Under the pieces are notes generated by a model that was not told the DNA's origin, searched no databases, and was given only the letters and a program-made list of their open reading frames with translations. Position numbers and translations under genes: made by a program. 64,000 nt of DNA from positions 86,650,779-86,714,778 of the forward strand of contig NC_068985.1 in the NCBI RefSeq assembly GCF_001194135.2, given 5' to 3'. Positions 37,707 through 51,672 of the stretch are shown piece after piece; position 1 is the stretch's first letter, and every line of letters begins with the position of its first letter. The DNA comes from Octopus bimaculoides. Lineage: Eukaryota.

Positions 37707-38439
37707 TACTGTTATTTTTTTCTTTTTGTTGTTGTTGCTACTATATTTAATAAATTACAGTTCAGGTCTTTCAATCTCATTTATCATTCAAAAACATAGC
37801 CATAGAACTTATGAAATATGTGTCAGACAAGACAAATAACATGCTTTGTCTCATTCTTAAACTACACCATTAGCCATTTGCTTCAGTTCTTTTATCATTT
37901 TCATATGCTTCTGACTGATGGAGAAATATAGTTGGCAAACTGTCTGACAATTCCTGCCAACCAACAAACATTCAACTTGTACAAACTGTCCACAAATAAT
38001 TCTCAGAGTTTGCTAATATGTTGAAATAGTTTTAAATAATGATAATAACGATAATAATAATAATAATAACAATAATAATAATAATAATATGGTAAATAAC
38101 AATAAAAAGTATTCAAAGTTGATATTTTTAAAGTATTAATTGATAAGTTGAAAGAAAGAAAATGATTGGTTAATCCTTTATGGTTTGTAATGGGAGGAAA
38201 AATTGTGAACAAAACTGAAATAACAATAAAGCAGAGATCAAAGAAGTCCATGTAAAAAGAAAAAAAAGAAAAACAGTTTGGTTCATTAGTAAATTATGTT
38301 TTTAGATTTGAATAAGTGATGTCATGGTCTAGCACAGCTGAACAATCAACACAACTGAAAGTGATCAGGGTGGCTTGTCTTTTTTTGTTTGTTTGGTTTG
38401 GCAAACAGAGCAGGGAGTTGTGCACTGTAAATATATGAT

Positions 38440-38860
<421 letters not shown>

Positions 38861-39234
38861 CACCAGTTAGTCTTATGATCTTTAAGAGTAAAATAAGGTT
38901 CCCTATGAATTTGCAAAGCCTCTTGAAGTTTGTCTTTTTGTATGTTTTGGTTATAGAATTTTCATACAAATTCTAAGTTTTGTCTAAGATGTCTCAATTT
39001 ATTTTATGGTACATAATTTCTATTTTCAATTATTTTGGAAATCTTTACTGATTTTTGTAAACTTTATACTCATTTATTAATGAGAAGAGGACTTTTTCAA
39101 AGAGTTCCAGAATGAAAAAAATGTACATATTTTAGTTTCAAAACCATTGTTTAAATTTGCTATGAGTAATTAGTTCTTGTTTGTCAACAGAGTATGTCCT
39201 ACTGAGTCTCAGTTTAATATTTGATAAAATAAAA

Positions 39235-39460
39235 GGGCTGCAAGCTGGTAGAATTATTAGAATGCGGGGCAAAATGCTCAGTGGCATTTTGTGCATCTTT
39301 ACATTCAGAGTTCAAATTCCAGCGTGGTTGACTTTGCCTTTCACCTTTCTGGGATTGATAAAATAATTACCAGCTGAAGTTGTGCCCTGGGCTTGCTGTA
39401 ATCAACTTGCTCCCTCCCCACCAAACTTGCTGGCTTTGTGCCAAGATCTGAAACCAATAT
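39235..39460 (+). mobile_element. SINE family C
   Basis: GCAAGCTGGTAGAATTATTAG...CAGAGTTCAAATTCCAGCG..TTGACTTTGCCTTTCAC. Confidence 0.8.
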
Positions 39461-42400
39461 TAGATATAATAATATATTTTAAATATTTCGCTTTTTATAT
39501 TCGTTATGGCAGGGTTGTTGATGGGAAATCGTGTGTTGAAACAGATGTTGTTCTATCAAGTCATTTTGACAATGGAAACAATCGATTGATTTTATTTCTT
39601 TTTATTTATTCTTTGTCAACCAGTTAACTAATTAACCAATTAACTAATTGAATGTTTGATTTATCATTTAATCAATTAATCAATTAATATGAGCTGGGAG
39701 GCAACAAGGCAGACCTGCAGTAGAGAGGGCACATCATTGATGAGGCTGTGATGGGATGAGAAGACTTTGATAAACAAGTTGATTGACTGACAGAAACATT
39801 AATCAAACAATCGATCAGTTAGTTGGTTAATTAGTAAACAATAAAGTTGACTAATTAATAATAAAAAAAGAAGTGAAGTTAAAACAGTGAATGTGTTTTA
39901 TATTGACAAAATGAACTGCCAAGATCGTCTCCATTCTTCTCCTCTCCTTCCTCATCATCCATTTAATGTCTGTTTCCTTTGTATGGGTTGAATGGTTCAA
40001 CAGAAGTCGGTGAGGTAGCGGTCTGCATCCAATTCCAATGCCTGGATAGCCTTCCTAATGCCAACCACTTTAAAGAGTGTAGTGGGTGATTTTCACATCA
40101 CCCAGCACCGATGAGGTCACCAAGTAACTTTCAGGGTCATATTTTCAAAATCATGCTGAGAAAGTGACTGGATTTGAGATTGTGAGTGTTAGAACTGGAA
40201 CAGCACGAACTTTTGTCAGAGAACAGGTCGTGGTTTCAAAGTGACGAAAATATTTTGACACAAATTGAATTTAAATGTTGAAGTGAATCTAACGGTTTTT
40301 GTGTGTTTTTTTAAATGGCTTATAAATACCTTCCATGCTGCAATTGTTTATGTTTCAGCACATGATCTTAGATCAAGTCACTTGCTATGCAAGTACATCT
40401 CTGTAAATATATTAGGAAAGAACCATTAAATAAAACAGAGAATCATTCAATTAACTTCAGCATTTAAATGAGAAAAATGTGCCAATAAGCAAATTGCAGT
40501 TGCGTGACGTATTTGTTTGTTGTTTAGTGTGGAGGGGAGGCAGTGGTGATGACCTGTGGCAGGGTTTCTGAGACTAACAGGAGGTGGGTGGGGGTGGGAG
40601 GAGTGAAGGAGGAAAAGAAGAAGGTCTGTTCAGATTGGGACCCAACCTCAATACTTGCAACAGAGTGAACACATTGGCTAAGGGCATCAGGAGGTGATTT
40701 TTAATTGGGTAGGAGGTTAAGTATACCACCTACATAAGCCATGGCAGGATTTTAACTCAGAACAGAAAGAACCAGAATCAACACCACTGCCACCACCTGT
40801 TTCTAGTTCTTCTAAGGTCCACTTTCCATTCTGGTATGAGTTGGATGATTCTACAGGAATGCTGAAGAGCTGCAACAGGCTCCATTGTCTTTTTTGGCAT
40901 GGCTCCTGCTGCTGGATGCCCTTTCTAACACCAACCACTTTACAGAGTGTGGACTGGACGCTTTTTTACGTAGCACCAGTGGGATCATCAAGCAGCTTGC
41001 AAGACAAAGGCCTCTCAAATGAGATGGGGGAGTAGAATTGAGGGAATTGGCTGTGTGCCAGGTGAGAAGTTAGAGTAGGATAGAGGGACAATGCATCTTA
41101 CTACAGAGGAGATATTTCACTAATAAATACTGCAAAACTGACATTTTGACAGCATCATCATTCTTGGTTTAGTTCTTTCTTACACACCCTGAAAGGATGA
41201 AATAGGTACAGTTGGCCACAGTAGGATTTGAACTCTGCATACAGAGACTCAGAACATATGAAGCATTATGTCTGATATGCTAACAACTCTACCAATTTAC
41301 CTCAGGAAGTAAACTTAAATTTGAATTTAAAGTGAATTTAACAGTTTTGTGTGTTATTAAATGGCTTGAATGCTTCTTCTGTGATTGAGTTGTTCATTTT
41401 ATACCCGTTTTCTTTTTTGTGTTTTTTTCTCCTCAACTAATAAAACATTTTTGAAATTTGAACGTCATAAAACCAAATTCGTTTCTTGTTTATTTTTACT
41501 TTCAAATGAAAACCGTTCCAAATTTGAACATTAAAGATCAAGGTGAACTCCTAAATTGGAATTTATAGGTTTTAAACACACTCTTAATTATTAGGAAAAT
41601 TACTAGAAAATTCTGAAAAACTTTCCTTTAATGTTTATTAAACAAAATACCCTAATAATCTTGCATTCCTTTGACAATATCGAATTACTGAATTTGTGAG
41701 GAAATAACTTAATAAATAATTATTCATTCTTTCTTGGTGATGTGAAGCATTCAGTTCAGTTTTTAGTAGCTTTCTAGTTCATAATATAGTCCATTCATAT
41801 ATATATATATCTATATACATATACATGTATGTGTGTGTATACATATATGTGTGTGACTGTTAGTTTGTATACATCTATCCATCTTTCTCTCTCACTCTAT
41901 CTATCTATCTATAAATATATATGTGTGTGTGCGTGTATATATATTGCATATATCATATATTACATTATGTATATACATACATACACACACATATACATAC
42001 ACACACACATACATACATACATACATACATACATGCATACATACATACATACATACATACATACATGTGTACATAGATATAGATATATATATCACCTTTT
42101 ATTATATATCCTGATATTATCCGTAAACAAGATTCCAAGTGTATCGTAAAGGTGGAAATGTCATAAGTTTCAAATATCATTTCTTTGAATGTAAAACTTA
42201 CATCAAAAGTGCTCAACCATCCAAAATTGAAAATTAAATCAAATATCAGATAGGTGCTATAACAACAACAACAACAACAACAACAAGAACAACAGCAGCA
42301 GCGGCAGCAGGAGGAGAAACAGCAGCACCACCAACAACAACAGCAACAATAATATAATGTTCCAAACAGCAAGAATATATAGCAGAGGTATTGGTATGCA

Positions 42401-42489
42401 ATTCATGGTAAATAATCTGTAGCTTTAATTATGAAAAGAGACAGGAAGATTTAATCTGAAGGGATAAAGATAGCACAAGATGATATTAG

Positions 42490-42815
42490 ATCACCACCAT
42501 CATCATCCTCACCACCACCACCACCACCACCACCACCATCATCATCAACATTTTAACATGCGTTTTCCATGCTGGCATGGGTTGGATGGTTTGACAGGAG
42601 CTGGTAAGGCTGAGAGTAGCACCAGGTTCTGTTGTCTGTTTCCTAATGCCAACCACTTTACAGAGTGTGGACTGGGTGATTTTTAGGTGGTACCAGCACC
42701 TGTTTTTTTTATATGATGCTAGGATAAGCATTTTATATGTGGTACCAGCACCTGTTTTTTTTATATGATGCTAGGATAAGCATTTTATATGTGGCACCAG
42801 CACTGGCAGGGTCAC
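42490..42815 (-). mobile_element. SINE-like family B with a perfect 52-bp internal tandem duplication
   Basis: TTTAACATGCGTTTTCCATGCTGGCATGGGTTGGATGG; identical units at 42687-42738 and 42739-42790. Confidence 0.85.
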
Positions 42816-42824
42816 TGAGTAAAT

Positions 42825-43060
42825 AAGGAGGGTTACAAATACTTTGGGTGTTGCAGGGTGATTGGTTAATGGAAGGAGAAATAAGAGGAAACACATCACC
42901 AAAGAGTACAAGAGAAGAATTAAGAAGGTACTCAAATCAAGACTAAATAGAGGGGATAATGTCAGAACATTATATAAAAGGGCCAAGCCAGTATTAAGAT
43001 ACTCATCTCCCTTTCTACACTGGACAACAATCAAGCTACAAAATGCAGAAGAACTAGGAA
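42825..43060 (+). mobile_element. R4/Dong-like RT C-terminal fragment
   Basis: EGYKY.GVLQ...ITKEYKRRIKKVLKSRLN.....L...AKPVLRYS; homologous to 7640-7860. Confidence 0.75.
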
Positions 43061-43626
43061 GCTGTTCTCATTGTACCCACTATCCTAAAAGTAATATTCT
43101 TTTCTTGTGTTCAGATCTGTAGGAGAAAGTATCAAAAATAAATATACAAGTCATTGTATTTATTCTTGCTGATCATTGTGTAAATAACGATTTATTATTG
43201 ATTGGCAAATATCAAGACTCATTAGCAAACAGTTTGTTCACTGAAATTATAAACAAAAGCCATCAGCTCTTGTGAGGTTTGAGAGTTTGGATACATCAGG
43301 CTGATGAGACAGAACTTGTTGAAATATCTGCTTCCCAGAACCCCTTGCACCAATGAAATGAGTGTGTTATGAACACATAGTCTTAAAGGAGAAGATGCCC
43401 TCCTCAAGAAATGTAACAGCAATTACCATATTCATGTCTGAATCTGCCAGATGGTGTTAGGAATAAATGTTATATATATATATAGATATATATATATATA
43501 TATACACACATATGTATATATATATAGAGAGAGATACATGCATATACATGTACATACATGCCTATGCATACAGTTATAGATTCATGTATATATATTCATG
43601 TAAATATTCTGAACAATTGTTGACAG

Positions 43627-43791
43627 ATTTTTGCCCAACTAAGGCAGAAGAAGCCAAACTTTCCGTTAAGGAAATGTTTAATGGCAAAGCACTTGGCAAC
43701 AAGACCATGTTGCTGCTGCTGGCAGAGACCTACAAGTATGGAGGTGGTGGCTACTTGCCCAGAATGTTCATACACTTGTTCTGCATGATAA
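43627..43791 (+). CDS. Exon-like island; Cys-rich 53-aa frame ending in TGA-TAA-TAG (host exon or piggyBac-like remnant)
   Basis: IFAQLRQKKPNFPLRKCLMAKHLATRPCCCCWQRPTSMEVVATCPECSYTCSA*; modest acceptor TTGTTGACAG; strong donor AAG|GTAAGA at 43889/43890. Confidence 0.3.
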
Positions 43792-44679
43792 TAGTTCATT
43801 TCGATCTATTTCTCCTCCTACCACAACCCACAACAGTCAAAGGACACCACCTCTATAAATGTACACCTTTGCATTTTACAAGACCAAAGGTAAGATGTCA
43901 TGGTCGGACAAGCAGAGGAGGGAGTTTTTCCTCTTTCTTTCTGTCTCTCATACGATTGTTATAAGATCTTCATTTATATGACCTTATTGGTTAAATCAAT
44001 AACTACACAGTGATGTGAATGGAAGCTTTGTATTCATATTTCAAGGAATGAACCATCATAACAAACTTGTTTCTGTTTAAACTTTTGTGTGCTTGTCCAT
44101 TTATTTATTCATTTCTATGTTTTCACTATTGTTGTTGTCATTGTTGTTGTCGTTGTTGTTGTTGGTATTGGTGGTGGTGATGGTGGTGGTTATGCCCTGA
44201 GTCATTCATAATGAAGCAGAGCTATTGTTATAACTATTTCAGCCATGGATTTCACATTTTGTTTTTATCGTAACAATGATGCAATGCGTTTTTCTTTTTT
44301 TTTTTTTTATCAGATGGTTGTGTTGTGGGGGATTTGGTTGCTATTCCCCGTAGATTAAGCAAATGTGTGATGTCAGCATAATGTGATCCAAGAAATGGTG
44401 GCTGGTCATAATTGTTAGGACAAGGGACAAAAACGTTGGTGACCCCCATAACAATGAGTAGAGATAAATGTTCTTACACTTCACTGGACACTAATCTGCT
44501 GCACACAAAAATCCTTCTTTGTTATGTCAGCCTGTTTGTGCGCACATGCTGCAGAGTTTTATTCTTGCTCAAACTTTAGTCATGGCTATGTTTTTTTCTA
44601 TTTTCAAGGTCATTTGGTTTTAGGGGATACAGTCATGTTTGGAATTTTTTCCTTAACACTTTGAAAGATAAGGCTATAA

Positions 44680-45414
44680 GGACAAAGGTCATCAACTAGT
44701 TTCCACAAATGACCAGTTTTAAACTCCTCTGTTATGGCCAGAGGTATTTTCATTATAAGTGTGCTTGTGTGTCACAACTGACTTCTGATTGGTGTCCATC
44801 TTTAAATACTTCATTGAATTCAAATGCACAGACCTATTTAGCAGAATGCCTAACATAACTTTATTGATGACATCTTTATATTCATGAGTTTTTAAGTCTC
44901 CCTCAAACCATTTATCTTCACTCAGTTTCTTTATGACCTTTAGATCACAGAGTGTTATACTTTGCAAAAGATCTTTTCCACTTCAAAGAATGCTAGGTGT
45001 AGAGGTTTGCTCTGAGCTATGAACTTTTGTAGTTGTCTCATTAGGAAGAGCCATGTTGCCATTCTAAGCTAATTTTCCTCTGAATCAGTTTGGTATAAAT
45101 TTTTCAGTGACTTTTCATAACTTGGTTCATCAAATTCGATGCCTCTACAGCTGTTTCTTTCCTGAACGCTTTCTTTGGTCTTTCAGCACTTGAGGAAGAT
45201 ACTGTTGTATCAGTCACTGAATATGATGTCTTCTTATTATACTACGATGCTTTCAGCATACCAGTGATTATCCCAGACATTTTGAGATATTTTCGTTATT
45301 TTCATATTCTTATTCACTTCTTTGACTATGTAGCTGTTATTTCAACTCCGCCTCTCTCTCCCCCTCTCTCTCTCCCCCTCTCTCTCTCNNNNNNNNNNNN
45401 NNNNNNNNNNNNNN

Positions 45415-45465
<51 letters not shown>

Positions 45466-45900
45466 CTGGCTTTATTGTATCATCAGGATTAAAGAGGTTT
45501 TCAATCAAAACTAAAGCATCAATGTTTGCTTGCTCTTCATTGTGACTTTTGGACTCCAGCTCTGCCTCCATATAGAATTGCATTAAAAAATGACTGCCTT
45601 CCTAGAAGGGTTATCTTAACTGCTGTTTTCAGCATCCATATCGGCTCAGTGCACTTCTCCATATAATTATTATCCTTCTAGTCTCTCCTGAAGGGCAACT
45701 ACAGTAGTTGAGAGATGCTTAATGTAGTCTGGTGGCATTGGAAAGTTCACATTCCTAAACTAGTCATGTTTGAGGTTGGGCTGTGATGGGACTTTAGCTG
45801 TGTTATAGTTTAATTCTTCACTTCCTGTAATACCAGAGGAACTCTTTGATCTAAAACCTGCCTGTCACTAGGTATTAATCATGGAGACTCAGGGAGAGGT
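44680..45900 (-). mobile_element. Old RTE-clade LINE remnant (APE-like part about 45500-45900, RT part about 44680-45300), split by (CT)n and a gap
   Basis: VVALQE; RGIELMNQVMKV; FLMRQLQKF.AQSKPLHLAFFEVEK; heavily frameshifted. Confidence 0.55.
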
Positions 45901-46009
45901 ACTTGCTTTGTATAAGTATCTACTACTATAATCCAGAGACGTTCAGCTGTCTTTCCATAGGTGGCCTCACTCATCATCTAATCTATGGAAAATCATTTGG
46001 TGACAGAAG

Positions 46010-46142
46010 AGTGGTGAGATAAGCAGACCTAATCGGCCGGAAGTACACAATGAGTTACAAATTTTGTTTGTCACATATGCTTCAAACCGTGCAGATCTGC
46101 AATGGGACTAAATAGTCATCTGAGAGGTCATGGGTGGAAAGT
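46010..46142 (+). mobile_element. RTE-BovB-like terminal C2H2 zinc-finger fragment
   Basis: FVCHICFKPCRSAMGLNSHLRGH. Confidence 0.65.
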
Positions 46143-47225
46143 CAGAAATGACATTGACAACGAGGAAGCACAAGGAATAATAATCAACTGCGAAGTTGGA
46201 GCAATCACAATGTGTGCGTGTGTGGGTATGTGTGTGTGTAATTATACAACAAGCTTCTTTCAGTTTTAGTCTACGAAATCCACTTGTGGAGTCTTTGGTC
46301 AGCTTTGGTCAGTAGAAGATACTAGAAACTGTTCACTGATATTATTCCAGACGTAGTAGAATAGTAAGTACCAGTCAGGTCATGAATGTACAAAGTCATA
46401 TCTTTAACACTTCATATAATATCATATTACAAAAGAAATGTGTATATATGTATGTATATATATACACATACATACTCTAATATATATGGGTGTGTGCGCC
46501 TGTATGCGTGTGTGTGTGTGTTTTCAGTAACCATCATGATTCCCATATCATTCCATTTAACTTCAATATTTTATCTTGTTGCTTACATTTAAGCTTTGTT
46601 TGTGTGGTGATAAATGTTTGATAAATTGGTGATAAATTCAATCTCAGTATTTCGCTTTGATTTACTTTGATTTGAGATAGGTGTTTTTAAGTCATAATTC
46701 TCTCTGTGCCAGTAAGCACACAAGTCTGCAAGTTTTTATGGCAATATAAATATCTAATAACACTATATACATAATCTCTGAAGAAACTACTGGTGGTGTC
46801 TGGCAGTAAAAATTCTTCAACAAATTTCACAAATTTCGATAAATACAAAAGGCCTGGTTCTCCCCATGACAAGAATTGAACCAACATTGTGAACATTACT
46901 CCAAATTCTATTCTTTAATGTGTGAAAAGCCTGGCAGACAACAAATGTTTTTTTTTTGTTTATTTGATGTCAGCAAAGTACACAGCTACTGCTGCTGCTG
47001 CTGCTGCTGTTGTTGTTGTTGTTTAGGCCTATTTCAGAGTTAAACCAGTCGATCCCTTGATCAATGATGTTCCAGCTGGGACAATTCCAATTGTTGTTGT
47101 TGTTGTTGCCATTAAACCCAAATCGAATCTGGTTTAGAAGAAGCTTATGATCAATATTATTCTCACCATGACAACCAGCTTCTTTTGTTTCTGATTGTTT
47201 GTGTGTGTGTGTGTGTGCAAAATAT

Positions 47226-47625
47226 ATACATAGGTGCAGGTGTAGCAGTCTGGTAAGAAACTTGCTTACCAACCACATGGTTCCAGGTTCAGTCCCACTG
47301 CACGGCACCTTGGGCAAGTGTCTTCTACTATAGCCTCAGGCCTTGTGAGTGGATTTGGTAGATGGAAACTGAAAGAATCTTGCTGTATATATGCTTGCAT
47401 ATGTGTGTGTGTGAGTCTGTCTGTGTTTGTCCTTCATGAATACTTAACAACCAGTGCTTGTGTGTTTATGTCCTCATAACTTAACATTTCATCAAAAGAG
47501 TTTGATAGAATAAGTTCAAAGCTTAAAAAAAAAATCAGGATCAACCTGTTCAACAATTTTTCAAGCCAGTGCCCCAGTATGGCCACAGTCTAATGACTGA
47601 AACAAATAAACAGCAAAAGATAAAA
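47226..47625 (+). mobile_element. SINE family A, full length
   Basis: Head, (TG)n and tail motifs. Confidence 0.88.
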
Positions 47626-47984
47626 AAAAAAAACAAATGGTGGAAGTCAACTCATGACTCAGTAAGATCACTCTTTAATCTCATTAAGTCCGTGCAAACA
47701 TTCTGAGAGTCAAAATGAGTTCCTGTGCAGGAATTTGGTTTGAGGGGGTCAAATGTTGTCCAGCACTGATCCCGGTTTTCAGGGGAGTCAGCCATAAGAC
47801 CTGTGGCAGGACAGAGGTTGAAATCACCAGAAACCAATTGCACTTCAGGTGTCTTCTTATGAATCTACCTTCTTCTAGAAGAAATGTCTAATGAGAACTG
47901 GTGAGGTCCTTAACTCACAGTGGTTCACAGGGTAATTAGTCCACAGCTAGGATCCATATATACATACAAACATACATACATAAC

Positions 47985-48300
47985 TGGCGCTCCATCGATT
48001 ATGATGACCAGTGTTCCAAGGGATCCACTCAACCAAACAACCTGCTCTTGAAATTAACATGCAAGTGGCTAAGTACTCCACAGACATGTGTGCCCTTAAT
48101 GTTCTCAGGAAGATTTTCAAGTGTGACACAATGTGACAAAGCTGGTCCTTTTGAATTACAGGTTCAAATTATTTTTGCCAGCTGAGTGGACTGGAATAAC
48201 ATGAAATAAAATGTTTTGATGATGGACACTGTGCTACCAGGAATTGAACCCACAACCTTATGATTGTGAGGCAAATATCCTACCAACCCACATGCCTCCA
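47985..48300 (-). mobile_element. tRNA-headed SINE of another family; second copy at about 53420-53715 on the minus strand
   Basis: Shared CATGCAAGTGGCT(A/G)AGTA..CCACA and CCAGCTGAGTGGACTGGAA blocks in both copies. Confidence 0.75.
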
Positions 48301-49559
48301 CATACATACATATATACATACATACATACATACATACACATATGTATAGTTGTGATGATGATGATGGTGATGATGATGATGATGATGATGATATAAAGCG
48401 AATATCAAAGAGCATCTTGCTATCAACACGGTGGATAAAGATTCTTATGAAAATCCTTATCTTCATTTTCAATCCTTCAACACTTATGTTTAGTGAGGCC
48501 CCCACCCCACCCCGATGCCCCACCACCNNNNNNNNNNNNNNNNNNNNNNNNNNNNNNNNNNNNNNNNNNNNNNCCACCACCACCACCACCACCACACCAC
48601 CACCTTCCATGGAAATATGCTGACACACCAATTTCTTTTCATAAGGTTGATTTCTTAATTAACTTTCATCTTGGCCTCAGCTGGAGGCATTGATACTGAA
48701 TGTTCTTCACTAATCAGGACATTATTAGCAGCAATCATTAGCTCTAATGACTCTACAACATTATTCCAATATAACAGATTCTTTCGAAATCTAGCTGAGC
48801 ATAACATTCAATAAACTATAAGGTGAAAGAACTTTAGTGTCTCTAAACTTTCATCAAAGACTTCGTTAAAATAGCTAACAGCATTTCAAACTTTAATACG
48901 TCAAATAAATCCTGCAAATTACAAGTTTTGAAACAATGGCAAGATTTTCATAAACTGAACACTTCCATTGTTTAAGAATCAAATAAAATATTATATAATC
49001 TAATGGCAATTTTGTGATGAATCATTTCTAGAAAATACAGTCATAAAATTCTTATTTTATATCAAACTTTTGAATAGGCATTTCTCCAGTAAAATCTGCT
49101 TTAACGAATGAATGAATAATAATAAGATTTTCGGAGAGAGCGAGAGAGAGAGAGAGAGAGAGAGAGAACAACGTCTGTTAAAAGTGATGAATGAAGCAAC
49201 AGAGCTGATGACAAAGGAATATATTCTGTTGTTGAAGGATTGTTATTGCTGATGTTGCAGTAGATGCCACTGCTGCTGCTGCTGCTGCTGTTGTTGTTTA
49301 GTCCAAGGTCAACCCTAATCCAGCTCTGATGAATAAAGTCATTCCATCGTTTATGACTTAATGGTAATCTTAATAAGTTGAACAGTATTTCATGTTGAAC
49401 TACATCAAACACTGCAAATTACTAATTTTAAAACAATGGTATCATCATAGTCGCTGTCGTCGTCGTCGTCGTCGTCGTCCTCCTCCTCCTCCTCATCATC
49501 ATCGTCGTCGTCATCGTCATCATCATCATCATCATCATCATCATTATCCTTTCAATGCC

Positions 49560-50020
49560 CACTTTTCCATGCTTTTCTTTCTCGTTTTTCAGTCATTTGA
49601 CGATGGCCATACTGGGGCACTATTTAAAAGAATTTCTCAGTTTGAACAAATCAACCTCAGTACTAATTTCGTTTTTAATGCCTGGTACTTGTTCTATCAG
49701 TTTCTTTTGCCAAACTACTAAGTTATGAGGATTTAAACACACCAACGCCAATTGTTAAGTGGTGGTGGTGGGGGGACAAACACACACACACACACACATA
49801 CATGCATACACACAAACACATGCACACATACATGCATACACACAAACACATGCACACATACAAAGACCTCTTTCAGTTTCTCTGTACTAAATCCACACAC
49901 AAGGTTTTGGTCAGCCCAGAGCTATAGTAGAAAACATTTGTCTAAGGTACCACACAATGGGACTGAACCCTGAACCCTGGTGGTTGGAAAACAAACTTCT
50001 TACCACACAACCTGTGCCTG
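49560..50020 (-). mobile_element. SINE family A, full length
   Basis: Reverse-strand head, (CA)n and tail. Confidence 0.85.
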
Positions 50021-50299
50021 TTAGCATTGAATTCTTTGTGGTAGGGCTTTATTAAGGCTGAATGCTCTTTCTGTCACCAACCTTCACCTGTCTTCAAGCA
50101 AGGTAATAATCTCTATCAAATAATGAACAGATTTAACACAGATACATGGAGAAGTGGAAACAAATGACTTCATTAAATGCAGCCCCTGACAGAAGTGTCA
50201 CCAGTTTTAGAAGATGATAAAAAGAAATTTAAAGCTAATTTAGAAAATGAAGGTGATAATACTCTGACTCACAGTTAGTCATTGAAATTATAAAAGATT

Positions 50300-51672
50300 C
50301 CATGGAAACACCTGATTCCATGATTGGTTAGTAAGAGGTATTACTTACCTACTCCTGAAGAATATTGAAACCAAATTTCCCCAAAACTATTGGCCCATAA
50401 CATGTCTATCTCCCACATGTAAAATTTTAACATCTATCCTCGCGGAGAAAACGTATAAATTTATGGAACAGAACAATATTTTCCCCACTGAACAAAAAGG
50501 GTGCTGACGAGGCTCATATGGCTGCAAAGACCAACTCTTAATCGCATGATCCTTGAGAACTGTCATAACAAATGTAGAAATCTCAGTTCTGCAGGGATTG
50601 ATAAAAAAAGGCCTTCGGCAGAATACCACTTTCATGGATCTTGAAATCCCTGGATATCTTCAAAATTTCTCTTGTGATTTCAAACTTCTTGAAACACAAC
50701 ATGCCAGTGGGGAATATGAACTCCAATTATAACACTCTAATGGAGTACTGACCACAAAAACTATTAATATCAACTGTGGCATTTTCCAAGGTGACTCTCT
50801 TTCACCTTTAATTTTCTGCATAGCTCTAATACTCCTTACCAGTGAACTTAGAAGCACAGGGTATGGATATGAAATTGGCGACAAGAAAATAAGTCATCTA
50901 TTTTATATGGATGACTTAAAACTCTATGGCAAAGACGATAATGGGCTTGAAGGACTACTACATACCATGAAAGCATTCAGTGATGACATTGGGATGGAAT
51001 TAGGCCTTGATAAATGTGTCAGCATTATAAAATCAAAACTGCAGACAAATGGTACAAGCACCACCCTGAGTCTATAACTGAGGGAGAAAATGTAACTATT
51101 CTTTGAGACTTTCCAGTATGTACAGACTGGACCATGAAAGCAAATAAACCAGATATTGTTGTGAAGGACCAACACAATAAAGTCTGTTTATTGATTGACA
51201 TGAGCAAACCCTGTGAGCATAATATCTCTGCAAAAGAATTTGATAATCTCAGAAAATATAAAGATTTGCTAATTGAAATCGAAAAGCTGTAGCATCTCAA
51301 GATGGTTACAGTGATTGTAGGAACACTTGGAACAATTAAAAAAGGAACTGAAAATTATTTAAGAATGATCCCTGGCTTGCCATCCATGCAAGAGGTGCAA
51401 AAGATTGTCTTAACTGGTAACATGTATTGAGAAGAGCGTTGTCCCTGTGAATTTTCTTTCCCTTCCCCCTTTATTTTATTTGTGTTTTCCTTTTCTCTCT
51501 CTCTTTCTTCCTCGTTTTCTCTATCACATGACCAATCTGGTATGTTTATCTTAATGGCCTACCAATGTATACAGTGCGTTTCTCTGCTCTAGGTGTCAGG
51601 AAGACACTTGGCAAGAAATGGAAACAGAATTGAAACAAGATATTAATGAATAGGATGATAATAATAATAACG
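50300..51672 (+). mobile_element. R4/Dong-like RLE non-LTR retrotransposon, 5'-truncated and internally deleted, 3' end retained
   Basis: DWLVRGITYLL..NYWPITCL..KILTSI; EQKGC*RGS.GCKDQLLI; GIFQGDSLSPL.F; HLFYMDDLKLY; GMELGLDKC. Then a jump to EGENVTIL*DFPV.TD...ANKPDIVVKD...CLLIDMS.P...KYKDL.IEI...IVGTLG; 3' UTR; (TAA)n. Confidence 0.92.

Noticed and set aside
40134-40720. Possible DNA transposon ending in GGTTAA
   Set aside because: Looks repeat-like, but I found no matching left TIR and no ORF, so it is not called
47652-47843. ORF containing VSGDFN (APE endonuclease-like motif)
   Set aside because: One short motif, with no other APE motifs recognisable nearby
50349-50354. 6-nt minus-strand micro-exon GAGTAG with a perfect GTAAGT donor, in frame with the 35.3/33.5-kb candidates
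   Set aside because: It is the antisense of the GITYLL codons of the RLE-LINE RT remnant, so retroelement sequence explains it; exonisation cannot be strictly excluded
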